Below, in pieces: positions 50,840-58,701 of a stretch of 64,000 nt of DNA; positions within the stretch are counted from its first letter, which is position 1; each line of letters opens with the position of its first letter. Position numbers and translations under genes: made by a program. The notes under the pieces are model-generated. The model was given only the letters and a program-made list of their open reading frames with translations, made no database searches and had not been told where the DNA came from. Origin of the DNA: an uncultured Desulfovibrionaceae bacterium (GTDB taxonomy: Bacteria; Desulfobacterota; Desulfovibrionia; Desulfovibrionales; Desulfovibrionaceae); the NCBI GenBank assembly GCA_964490985.1, contig CAZBER010000001.1, positions 85,354-149,353 of the forward strand. The letters run 5' to 3'.

Positions 50840-51847
50840 ATGCCCCAGCGACCCAAGGTGGTGGTGACCCGGATGATTCCCGAGGCCGGATTGTCCATGC
50901 TTCGCGAGGCCTGCGACGTGTGGGTCAATCCCGAGGACCGCCCCCTGACCCGCGACGAGCTTTTAGCCCGCGCGCCCCAGGCCGACGGCGTCATCGGGCT
51001 TCTCACGGACCGCATCGACGCCGGCTTTTTCGACGCCGCCCCGAACCTTCGCGGCTATGCCAACTATGCCGTGGGCTTCGACAACATCGACGTGGCCGAA
51101 GCCACCCGGCGCGGCCTTCCCGTGTCCAACACCCCGGACGTCCTGACCACGGCCACGGCCGAGCTGGCCTGGGCCCTGATTTTCGCCGTGGCCCGGCGCA
51201 TCGTGGAATCCGACGCGGTCCTGCGCTCGGGGACCTGGCCCGGCTGGGGACCGCTGCAATTCATTGGCCAGGAGATCACCGGCAAGACCCTGGGCATCTT
51301 CGGCCCGGGCCGCATCGGCACGGCCATGGCCCTCATGTCGCGGGGGTTTGCCATGCCCGTGGTCTATTGCGGCGGGAGAGCGCCCAACGAGACCCTGGAA
51401 CGGGAGCTGGGGGCGCGCCGCCTGCCGTTCGAGGAATTCCTGGCCCAAAGCGACATCATCAGCATCCACGCCCCCCTGACCCCCCGGACGCGCCACGCCT
51501 TCGACGCCGCGGCCCTGGCCCGCATGAAGCCCACGGCCATGCTGATCAACACCGGTCGCGGCCCCATCATCGACGAGGCGGCCCTGGTGTCGGCCCTGGC
51601 CCATCGGCGCATCGCCGGGGCGGGCCTGGACGTCTACGAATTCGAGCCGCGCCTGGCCGACGGCCTTCGCGAGCGCGCAAACGCGGTCATCACCCCGCAC
51701 ATCGGCTCGGCCACGATCACGGCCCGGGAAGGCATGGCCCGGCTTGCCGCCCAAAACCTCCTGGCCATGCTCTCGGGCGGCCGGCCGCCCACCTGCCTCA
51801 ACCCCGAGGTTTTGACGAAACCCGGCCAGGACCCGGCGCGATCTTGA
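50840..51847 (+). CDS. D-isomer-specific 2-hydroxyacid dehydrogenase (glyoxylate/hydroxypyruvate reductase-like)
   Basis: GIFGPGRIGTAMA is the NAD-binding motif. NTGRGPIIDEAALV and TPHIGSAT are also present. Confidence 0.85.
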   Translation: MPQRPKVVVTRMIPEAGLSMLREACDVWVNPEDRPLTRDELLARAPQADGVIGLLTDRIDAGFFDAAPNLRGYANYAVGFDNIDVAEATRRGLPVSNTPDVLTTATAELAWALIFAVARRIVESDAVLRSGTWPGWGPLQFIGQEITGKTLGIFGPGRIGTAMALMSRGFAMPVVYCGGRAPNETLERELGARRLPFEEFLAQSDIISIHAPLTPRTRHAFDAAALARMKPTAMLINTGRGPIIDEAALVSALAHRRIAGAGLDVYEFEPRLADGLRERANAVITPHIGSATITAREGMARLAAQNLLAMLSGGRPPTCLNPEVLTKPGQDPARS

Positions 51848-54051
51848 TCATTTCCGAAAAAAAAGCGCCTTCCCATCCGCGCTCCGCGGCGCACCGCTTT
51901 TTCCTGGGCCTTTGCCTGTTGGTCCTGGCCGTGCTGGCCCTTTATGGCACCCTTGGCGTGGGCCAGACCACCAGCGACGACCTGGTCTACGAGCACTACG
52001 TCATAACCGGCCGGCTGGGCGAGCTGACGCAAACCATGGCCCAGGGCGCGGGCCGGTTCCACCACTACCTGCACGTGGGCCTGACTTCGCTCCCCTATTT
52101 CCTGGACAGCGCCCCGTTGCGCCGGGCCGCGGCCCTGCTGCCGTTTCTGGGCTGCATCGCATCCCTGGCCTGGATCGCCGGCCGGATGTTCGCTTCCGAG
52201 GCCCTGGGCTTTCTGACAGCCCTTTTGTGCCTGGCCTTTTTCCAGGACAACTGGCACCACAACATCCTGACCGCCTATCCCCTGGTCTTTGACCTGGGCT
52301 TTTTGTGCCTGCTGTGGGCGCTTTACTGCCTCTGGCGCTATCTCGACTCCGGCCGCCTGCGGCTCCTTGTCCTGACCAACCTGCTTTCCTTCCTGGCCTA
52401 TTGCCACTTCGAGGCCTTTGTCTGCTACCTGCCCGTGCTGTGGGGGCTGGTGCTGTGGCGCGGCCAGGGCACGGCCCAGGCCAAGGTCCGGGCCATGCTG
52501 GCCGCAAGCGCGGCCGTCCCGGTCTATCTCGTCCTGTACCTGGGCTACCGCTGGCTCCATCCCTCCCAGTACGGGGGAAACGCCCTGGCCCTGGCCGATC
52601 CGGTCCGCATCCTCAAGACCGTGGCCGCCTATAGTCTGGGCGCGTTCCCCCTGGCCGGGTTTTCCCTGAACCTGGATTTTATCAACCGCTTCCCGGTCAT
52701 CACCAACCAGTTCGTCTTTTCTTTTGGCCAGTACCTGGCCAACCTGGCCGCCAACTGGCCGCGCCTGGCCCCGTCCTGGCTGGCCATGGCCCTGGTCACG
52801 GGCGGCGTGACCTGGTTTGTCCTGGCCCGAAGCGGGATTGCCTGGCGCTTCCGGGCCCTGCCCACGGCCCTGATGGCCTACGCCGTCTTTTGCCCCAACA
52901 TCCTCATCGGCCTTTCCCCCAAATACCAGGCCGCCCTGGACCACGGCGACTTCTGGTACTGCACCACCACCTTTTCCTTTTACGCCATAGCCCTGGGCCT
53001 GGCCCTGACCGCCCTGTTCGTGGCCGGCCGCCTGGCCTCCCGGCCGGCCGCGCGCCGGACCCTAGCCGCAAGCCTGGCCGTGGCGGCCGCCCTGGCCACA
53101 CTGGTGAACGCCTCGGTCAATGCCTCGGTGCTGCAAAGCAAGGTGGCCTCCCGGGCCCGGTGGCGGGCCGTGGACCTCCTGGCCAAAAGCCCGGCCCTGG
53201 CCGCGTTGCCGGAACACGCCGTCCTGGTGGCCCCGCAGCTTTTTAGCGCCGTGCATGAGGAACATGCGGGCCCGGACTATTGGGAGGCGTACCTCGCCCG
53301 GCGCACGGGCCGGCAGGTACAGGTAGTGGAACGCCTGGACCAGGACGTCCTGCCCCGGGAACCGCTTTTCGCCCTGCGCCTGTTGTCCGCCCCCACGGAC
53401 CGGACTACGGTGGTTGCCCTGGCCCAAGTGGCGCGCCTGGGGCCGCCGTCGGCCGATCCCTACCAGCCCCGGCCCGACGCCCCGGAGCTCCTGGCCGGCC
53501 GGGTCACGGTCCTGGCCGACGCAACCAACCGCTATTTCGACATCTTCTACCAGGACAAAGGGGCGTTGCGGCAAAAGCCGGCCAGCGCCACCGGCCCGGC
53601 CCCAGGATACGCCCAGACCGAAATTACGGGCGCATCCATTGCCGTGGACTCGCTCATCGCCCTGCCGGCCGGAGCGGCCATGGCCTATGCCCCCTCCCCT
53701 TTGATCCTGCGCTTTGGCCCGGGCTTTGCCGCGGCCGAAGCGAGCATTGCCGGCCCCATTGTCTGGGCCGGAGACCGGGCCGAGATGCTCCTTCGCAATA
53801 CCGGGGATGCCGTGGCCACGGTCCGCCTGGGCTTTTCCCTGGTGGCCTTTTCCCCCCTGCGGCTGAACGTTTCCGGACCGGGCCTTTCCATCGAGCTGAA
53901 CACCGCCGGGCTGTCCACGCCCGTGTCCCTGGAACTGCCCCTGCCGTCCGGGGAGACGCGCCTGGTCTTTTCAGCCGCGCCGCCGACAGCCGAGGCCAAG
54001 CGCTTCGGCATCCTGGGCGCAACCGTGGAGCCGGCCGGGGACGGACCCTAG
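51844..54051 (+). CDS. Large polytopic membrane protein with C-terminal extracytoplasmic domain (possible GT-C-type glycosyltransferase; function uncertain)
   Basis: It is in the frame of track ORF 50920..54051. The first plausible start is TTG 51844, overlapping the upstream TGA (TTGA). About 12 hydrophobic helices are followed by ~300 aa of soluble sequence. Confidence 0.6.
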   Translation: MIISEKKAPSHPRSAAHRFFLGLCLLVLAVLALYGTLGVGQTTSDDLVYEHYVITGRLGELTQTMAQGAGRFHHYLHVGLTSLPYFLDSAPLRRAAALLPFLGCIASLAWIAGRMFASEALGFLTALLCLAFFQDNWHHNILTAYPLVFDLGFLCLLWALYCLWRYLDSGRLRLLVLTNLLSFLAYCHFEAFVCYLPVLWGLVLWRGQGTAQAKVRAMLAASAAVPVYLVLYLGYRWLHPSQYGGNALALADPVRILKTVAAYSLGAFPLAGFSLNLDFINRFPVITNQFVFSFGQYLANLAANWPRLAPSWLAMALVTGGVTWFVLARSGIAWRFRALPTALMAYAVFCPNILIGLSPKYQAALDHGDFWYCTTTFSFYAIALGLALTALFVAGRLASRPAARRTLAASLAVAAALATLVNASVNASVLQSKVASRARWRAVDLLAKSPALAALPEHAVLVAPQLFSAVHEEHAGPDYWEAYLARRTGRQVQVVERLDQDVLPREPLFALRLLSAPTDRTTVVALAQVARLGPPSADPYQPRPDAPELLAGRVTVLADATNRYFDIFYQDKGALRQKPASATGPAPGYAQTEITGASIAVDSLIALPAGAAMAYAPSPLILRFGPGFAAAEASIAGPIVWAGDRAEMLLRNTGDAVATVRLGFSLVAFSPLRLNVSGPGLSIELNTAGLSTPVSLELPLPSGETRLVFSAAPPTAEAKRFGILGATVEPAGDGP

Positions 54052-54220
54052 GCCGGCATCTTCTCGTATCATCCGCAAATCCTTCCTTTCTTCCGACACG
54101 TCTTTCCCGGTTCCACGAATTGGGGAACGCCTTGGCCGCCACTCCATAAAACAGGGATCAGGCCGGGCCATCAATTTTTTAAAATTAATGATATTCGCGT
54201 GTTATAATCTAAAATCGCTT

Positions 54221-54236
54221 TGGCATGCCCCATGCT
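54221..54236 (+). promoter_or_regulatory. Sigma54 (-24/-12) promoter candidate for flp
   Basis: TGGCATG-CCCC-ATGCT, about 74 nt upstream of the flp ATG. A TATAAT hexamer at 54203-54208 is an alternative. Confidence 0.55.
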
Positions 54237-54308
54237 TAGAGAGAGGCCAAGAGCGAAGAGAAGAGAAGTTTAGGAAATAAAAAACTTCAACATACGAGGA
54301 GAACGACC

Positions 54309-54482
54309 ATGTTGCGCACCATCCTGAATTTCGTCCGTGACGAAGAAGGCGCTTCCGCGGTGGAATACGGCCTGCTGGCCGCCCTGATCGCCGCCGTCAT
54401 TATCGCCGGCGTCACAACCGTGGGCAGCAATCTTCAGGCGGTCTTCGAGTTTATTGGCGGGAAGATTAAGGCCCCCTCCTAA
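54309..54482 (+). CDS. flp: Flp/Fap-family type IVb (Tad) pilin, orphan
   Basis: 57 aa, below the ORF-track cutoff. My translation is MLRTILNFVRDEEGASAVEYGLLAALIAAVIIAGVTTVGSNLQAVFEFIGGKIKAPS, with the G/ASAVEYGLL Flp motif. AGGAG RBS. Confidence 0.85.
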   Translation: MLRTILNFVRDEEGASAVEYGLLAALIAAVIIAGVTTVGSNLQAVFEFIGGKIKAPS

Positions 54483-54572
54483 GTCAACACGACGCGGGCG
54501 AGGACAATTTCCGCAACATGACCGAAATCCTCGCCAGGGCCGCCCCCCGCTCGGGGGGCGGCCCTTTTGCGT

Positions 54573-55760
54573 CTAGAGCAGCGATGTCCACCAGTTGCGA
54601 TGGGCCGCCCGGTAGGCGCCGATGCGGCGGCAGGCCGGATAGAGCAGGGCCACGGCCACAAGCCAGACCGCGTAGACCAGCCACAGGGGCGCGCCCGGGG
54701 CCGCTCCCCGGGGAATGGGGTCCCCGGCCCAGTTGGCCTGGCCCAAGGTGAGCCAGGCATAGGCCAGGCCCAGGCCGTGCAGCAGATAGAGATGGGCCAG
54801 GTAGAAAAAAAGCGGAGCCCGGCCATAGACCGAAAGCACCCGGCCGATTGCGCCGCGCGGGCGTTCGAAAAAGGCCAGGCAGCCGAAGGTTCCGGCCAGG
54901 GTGACCAGCAAGAAGAGCAGTGACGGCGGATACTTGGTCACATCCAGAAAGGAATACAGGGTGCGGCTGACCTCAGGAAAGACCCGCCACGCCCGGGGAT
55001 CGCCATACCCGTTGGCCAGGCGCAGCAGGAGGAAAAGCCCCAGGCAACAAACACTCAGCCCCGCCAGCACACGCACCCGGCGCTTGGGAGCCAGGCCATA
55101 GAGCCGGCCGCACACGAACCCCAGGGGCATGACTCCGATCCAGGGGAGCAGCGGATAAAGGACAAAGCCGCGCATGCCCCCGATTTGCAGCCGGCCCGGC
55201 TCGTGCAGAAGCCGCCACAGCCAGCCCCACTCCCCCCAGGACGCGGCCGTGACGCCGTCCAGCAGGTTGTGGCCCAAAACCAGAACCAGGCCAAAGGCCA
55301 GCTTCACGCTGTCCGGCACGAAAAGCAGCCCGGCCATGAGCGCCATGCCCGCGCCCAAGACCCAGATGACCTGGAGCATGAACACCGTGCCGCTTCCCCA
55401 GCCCAGACCCCAGGCCCAGGACACCAGGCTGACCTCCAGCAGAATGCACAAAAGTCCCCGGGCCAGGCAGGAGGCGGCCTTGCGGCCGATTCTCGGGTCC
55501 CGGGCCAGGGACAAGGCCATGGACAGGCCGGTTAAAAGCACAAAGGTGGGGGCGCACACATGGGTGACGAAGCGGGTGAAAAAAAGCCAGGCATATGTGG
55601 TGGCCGGGTCGGTGGGGGAAGCCAGGGACGCGGTCAGGAAGTCGCGGCCATGGTCCAGGGCCATGAGCGCCATGACCAGGCCCCGCACGGCGTCAACGGC
55701 CAGGATGCGCCCGCCGGGGCCGACCGGAGCGGGATTCGGGGAGCCGGCGCGTTCGTCCAT
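54573..55760 (-). CDS. DUF1624 / acyltransferase_3-like membrane protein (heparan-alpha-glucosaminide N-acetyltransferase-like)
   Basis: ATG at 55760. RILAVDAVRGLVMALMALDHGRDF is followed by about 9-10 TM segments. Confidence 0.7.
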   Translation of the reverse strand: MDERAGSPNPAPVGPGGRILAVDAVRGLVMALMALDHGRDFLTASLASPTDPATTYAWLFFTRFVTHVCAPTFVLLTGLSMALSLARDPRIGRKAASCLARGLLCILLEVSLVSWAWGLGWGSGTVFMLQVIWVLGAGMALMAGLLFVPDSVKLAFGLVLVLGHNLLDGVTAASWGEWGWLWRLLHEPGRLQIGGMRGFVLYPLLPWIGVMPLGFVCGRLYGLAPKRRVRVLAGLSVCCLGLFLLLRLANGYGDPRAWRVFPEVSRTLYSFLDVTKYPPSLLFLLVTLAGTFGCLAFFERPRGAIGRVLSVYGRAPLFFYLAHLYLLHGLGLAYAWLTLGQANWAGDPIPRGAAPGAPLWLVYAVWLVAVALLYPACRRIGAYRAAHRNWWTSLL

Positions 55761-55937
55761 GCATCCCCCTAACACGGCCAGGCGGATGCGGTCCACGGCC
55801 CGAAGCGTCCATTGCCTTTGCCCGTGGACCCTGGCACAAGCTAGGGAAGCCGCCGCAATGACGCGACCGGGCCGCCGGGCCGATTCCCTGCTTTGCGCCG
55901 GACCGTGGAAAACCGGAAACCCTAAGGAGCGCCGACC

Positions 55938-56150
55938 ATGAGCTTCACCATCAAAGAGCCGTCCCCCAGTGACCAGGCTCCGGAATTCGAGTGCATTTTC
56001 TGCAACGCGCCGGCCTTGCGGTCTTCCGAGGCCGCCCATTCGGCCACGGGCCAGACGTTCGAAGTCTTTTGCAAGAAATGCGGAGCCAGAAAGACGGTGA
56101 CCACGAAAAAAAGCGCCGACGGCTCGCACTGGGAGCTGGACCAGGGCTAG
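55938..56150 (+). CDS. Small zinc-ribbon protein
   Basis: 70 aa. AAGGAG RBS 6 nt upstream. ECIFCNAP...FCKKCGAR provides CxxC...CxxC. Confidence 0.5.
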   Translation: MSFTIKEPSPSDQAPEFECIFCNAPALRSSEAAHSATGQTFEVFCKKCGARKTVTTKKSADGSHWELDQG

Positions 56151-56631
56151 CCGGCCGGCCCGTCCGGGGCATGGGCTGCGTCGAAGGCCGCAATTCCGCC
56201 TCCGCGCCCTTGCAGGCCAGACGCACCAGCTTGGGAATGATTCGGGTTCCGGATTCGTAATAGGCCACGGTGCGGCGGCTGAGTCCCAGAATCCGGGCGG
56301 CCCCGGTCAGGGAGAGCCCATGGGCGACCCGCCAGGCCCGGAACATTTCGGCCGGCATGGCCTCGCCGGCCTGCTCCAGGGCCAGCCGGCCCAGGTGATG
56401 CGCATCAACGGCCAAATCCTCATGGCCGGGCCAGATGATTTCCCAGCCGTCCTCCCCGACCTGGACCTGGCGGAAAAGGGCCGGGTCCCGAAGCGGAGCG
56501 AAAATCGACGCCGTGACGATCAGGTCGTCAAGGTCCACGCGATCCATGCGCCCGTCGTCCCAGGTCACGGCCACGGCATGCGGAGCATCGGCGGCCCGAA
56601 CCGCCACGATGCGCTTGATGCTGTCCTTCAT
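55951..56631 (-). CDS. DUF2442 domain fused to XRE-type HTH; 3' end uncertain
   Basis: VAVTWDDGRMDRVDLDDL...FAPLRDPALFRQVQVGEDGWEIIWPG is DUF2442. The HTH is FRAWRVAHGLSLTGAARILGLSRRTVAYYESG. The last ~75 codons are Arg/Pro-rich and overlap 55938..56150. Confidence 0.65.
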   Translation of the reverse strand: MKDSIKRIVAVRAADAPHAVAVTWDDGRMDRVDLDDLIVTASIFAPLRDPALFRQVQVGEDGWEIIWPGHEDLAVDAHHLGRLALEQAGEAMPAEMFRAWRVAHGLSLTGAARILGLSRRTVAYYESGTRIIPKLVRLACKGAEAELRPSTQPMPRTGRPASPGPAPSASRRRFFSWSPSFWLRISCKRLRTSGPWPNGRPRKTARPARCRKCTRIPEPGHWGTAL

Positions 56632-56880
56632 TCTCGTTCTCCGTTGAGCCGATCCCAGGCGGCCTGGATGGCGGCCTTGTTCTCGGCCGCCCAGCGCATG
56701 GCCCCTTCATATCCCCGGGCCTGGGCCGAACCGGCAATGATTTTCAGGGAGGCAATCTCCACCGCCAGCGCATACCCCGGCCCCTGTGTGAAAATGCGGG
56801 GGCGCATGATCCCTGGCATAAACCGCGATCCGCAGATTGCCGGGCCGGTGAACCGTTCCCATGAACGCTATCTCGTGCAT
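56628..56880 (-). pseudogene. DUF4160 gene disrupted by a frameshift (or a sequencing indel)
   Basis: The N-terminal part, NLRIAVYARDHAPPHFHT, is in the frame of ORF 56707..56964. The C-terminal part, GPGYALAVEIASLKIIAGSAQARGYEGAMRWAAENKAAIQAAWDRLN, is in the frame of ORF 56628..56819. The switch occurs at the cccc-gg-cccc runs at 56775-56784. Confidence 0.6.
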
Positions 56881-57067
56881 CTCGTGCACTACGACAAGAG
56901 CCGGGCGTGTCTCCGGCAAAATAAGCGCGCGAGGAGAAAACAACCGTGAAGGCGTGTGCGTCATCGAGCATCGCTCTAGCGGATTTGACGAGCTTTAGGC
57001 ATGGGTCCGGGACTCATTGACATTCTCCGAGGCGTGGGCAAATGAGGAAAAGACAGAGGGTAAGACC

Positions 57068-57298
57068 ATGTTGCTGTTCGATGACTCCAAGAAGCTGGAA
57101 AAGGCCCTGGGCGAAGAAGCTGCCGAGGTGCTTATTAAGATCCTTGAAAAACAGGATGACGAGGTAAAACGGGAGCTTGCCACCAAACAGGATTTGCGGG
57201 AGTTGGAGTTGCGCCTCAAGCACGACCTGACCCTCCGCATGGGGGCGCTTTTCGCCGCGACCGTGGCCATCATCGCCGCGTTGAAGCTTTTTTCGTAG
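57068..57298 (+). CDS. DUF1640-like coiled-coil protein with C-terminal TM
   Basis: ELATKQDLRELELRLKHDLTLRMGALFAATVAIIAALKLF. The start is ATG 57068 or 57017. Confidence 0.5.
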   Translation: MLLFDDSKKLEKALGEEAAEVLIKILEKQDDEVKRELATKQDLRELELRLKHDLTLRMGALFAATVAIIAALKLFS

Positions 57299-57429
57299 CC
57301 GGCCCGCGCACGACTTTTCAAGCTCCTCGGAAAACCGGGGGGCTTTTTTGTTGTCTAAGGGTTGACGGGCGAGGCGAAAATGGGGCGTCCTAGCCACAGC
57401 CGCGATTTCTTCTTGGCAGGGAAAAAGAA

Positions 57430-57467
57430 AACGGGTCAACTAAGATTTTTTTCTTAGCTAACCCGTT
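57430..57467 (-). terminator. Hairpin terminator downstream of tRNA-Leu
   Basis: aacgggt...taag-N-ctta...acccgtt inverted repeat, followed on the minus strand by tttctttttc. Confidence 0.6.
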
Positions 57468-57477
57468 GGTTTTCTTA

Positions 57478-57564
57478 TGGTGCCGAAGGGGAGACTCGAA
57501 CTCCCACTCCCTTGCGGGAACTAGACCCTGAACCTAGCGTGTCTACCAATTCCACCACTTCGGC
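57478..57564 (-). tRNA. tRNA-Leu (anticodon CAG), CCA encoded
   Basis: The rc is GCCGAAGTGGTGGAATTGGTAGACACGCTAGGTTCAGGGTCTAGTTCCCGCAAGGGAGTGGGAGTTCGAGTCTCCCCTTCGGCACCA. It has a 7-bp acceptor stem, anticodon loop TTCAGGG, a long variable arm and T-loop TTCGAGT. Confidence 0.9.
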
Positions 57565-57743
57565 GTCGTGGAGATGGACTTCTATCCAACCTCCCCTGCC
57601 TTGGCAAGCAAAAAAACGCGGCCGGCAATTTTTTTTCGCAAGCCCGTTCCCCAGGCCCCCGGGTTGAATCCAACCGGCTTTTGGGATAGCTAAGGGCCGC
57701 CTGGACGGGTTTTCGTTCGCCAGCCCCGCCCGCCGGCTACCCC

Positions 57744-58682
57744 ATGATCGTCGTCACCCGCATCGAGGACATCCACGACGCCTTAACCGGCACCTGCCTG
57801 ACCATCGGCAATTTCGACGGCGTGCACATGGGGCACGCCAAGCTCCTGCAGCGCGTGCGCGACCGGGCCGCGGCCGCCTCCCTGGTCAGCGTGGCCCTGA
57901 CCTTCGATCCCCATCCCCGCCGGGTGCTCCTGGGCCAGGCCGCCCCGCCGGCCATCACCTCCACCGAACACAAGCTCGAATGCATCGAGGCCAACGGCGT
58001 CCAGGTGGCCGTGGTCCTGCCCTTTACCCGGGAGCTGGCCGGCCGGGAGCCCGAGGACTTCGTGCGCGAGGTATTGGTGGAGGGACTTTCCCTCAAATAC
58101 CTGGTCATCGGCTATGACTACGCCTTTGGCCGTGGCCGCAAGGGCAATTTCGAGCTGCTCTCCGCCCTGGGCCAGAAATACGGCTTCGGCGTGGAACGGC
58201 TCGACCCGGTCATCATCAACGGCGCAGTGGTTTCCTCCACCCGCATCCGGGACATGGTCCAGGCCGGCGAGGTCTGGGAGGCCCGGCCGTTGCTCGGCCG
58301 ATTTCACCAGATTCGCGGCATTGTGGTCCACGGCCAGAAGCGCGGCCGCAAGCTCGGCTTTCCCACGGCCAACCTGGCCCTGCGCGACGAGCTCGTGCCC
58401 CTGCCCGGCGTGTATGCCGTCTGGGTGGAGGTCGACGGCGTGATCCGGGCCGGCGTGGCCAACATCGGCAGAAATCCCACCTTTGGCGAAAACGAGATGT
58501 CCGTGGAGGCCCACATCCTGGATTTCAAGGGCAAGATCTACGACCGCCCCATCCGCGTGCATTTCGTCCAGCGTATCCGGGCCGAGAAAAAATTCTCCGG
58601 CCCGGACGAACTGTCCGCCCGCATCCGCGAGGACATCGGCCTGGCCCGCATGATCCTGGCCGCCCCGGACGCCCGGCCCTAG
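57744..58682 (+). CDS. ribF: Bifunctional riboflavin kinase / FMN adenylyltransferase
   Basis: GNFDGVHMGH and GFPTANL are present. 312 aa. Confidence 0.9.
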   Translation: MIVVTRIEDIHDALTGTCLTIGNFDGVHMGHAKLLQRVRDRAAAASLVSVALTFDPHPRRVLLGQAAPPAITSTEHKLECIEANGVQVAVVLPFTRELAGREPEDFVREVLVEGLSLKYLVIGYDYAFGRGRKGNFELLSALGQKYGFGVERLDPVIINGAVVSSTRIRDMVQAGEVWEARPLLGRFHQIRGIVVHGQKRGRKLGFPTANLALRDELVPLPGVYAVWVEVDGVIRAGVANIGRNPTFGENEMSVEAHILDFKGKIYDRPIRVHFVQRIRAEKKFSGPDELSARIREDIGLARMILAAPDARP

Positions 58683-58701
58683 ACGCCGGCCGCAAACGTT
58701 C

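Noticed and set aside
50920-51843. N-terminal 308 aa of track ORF 50920..54051
   Set aside because: It lies out of frame over the 2-hydroxyacid dehydrogenase gene and is Arg/Pro/Gly-rich. The real gene most likely starts at TTG 51844.
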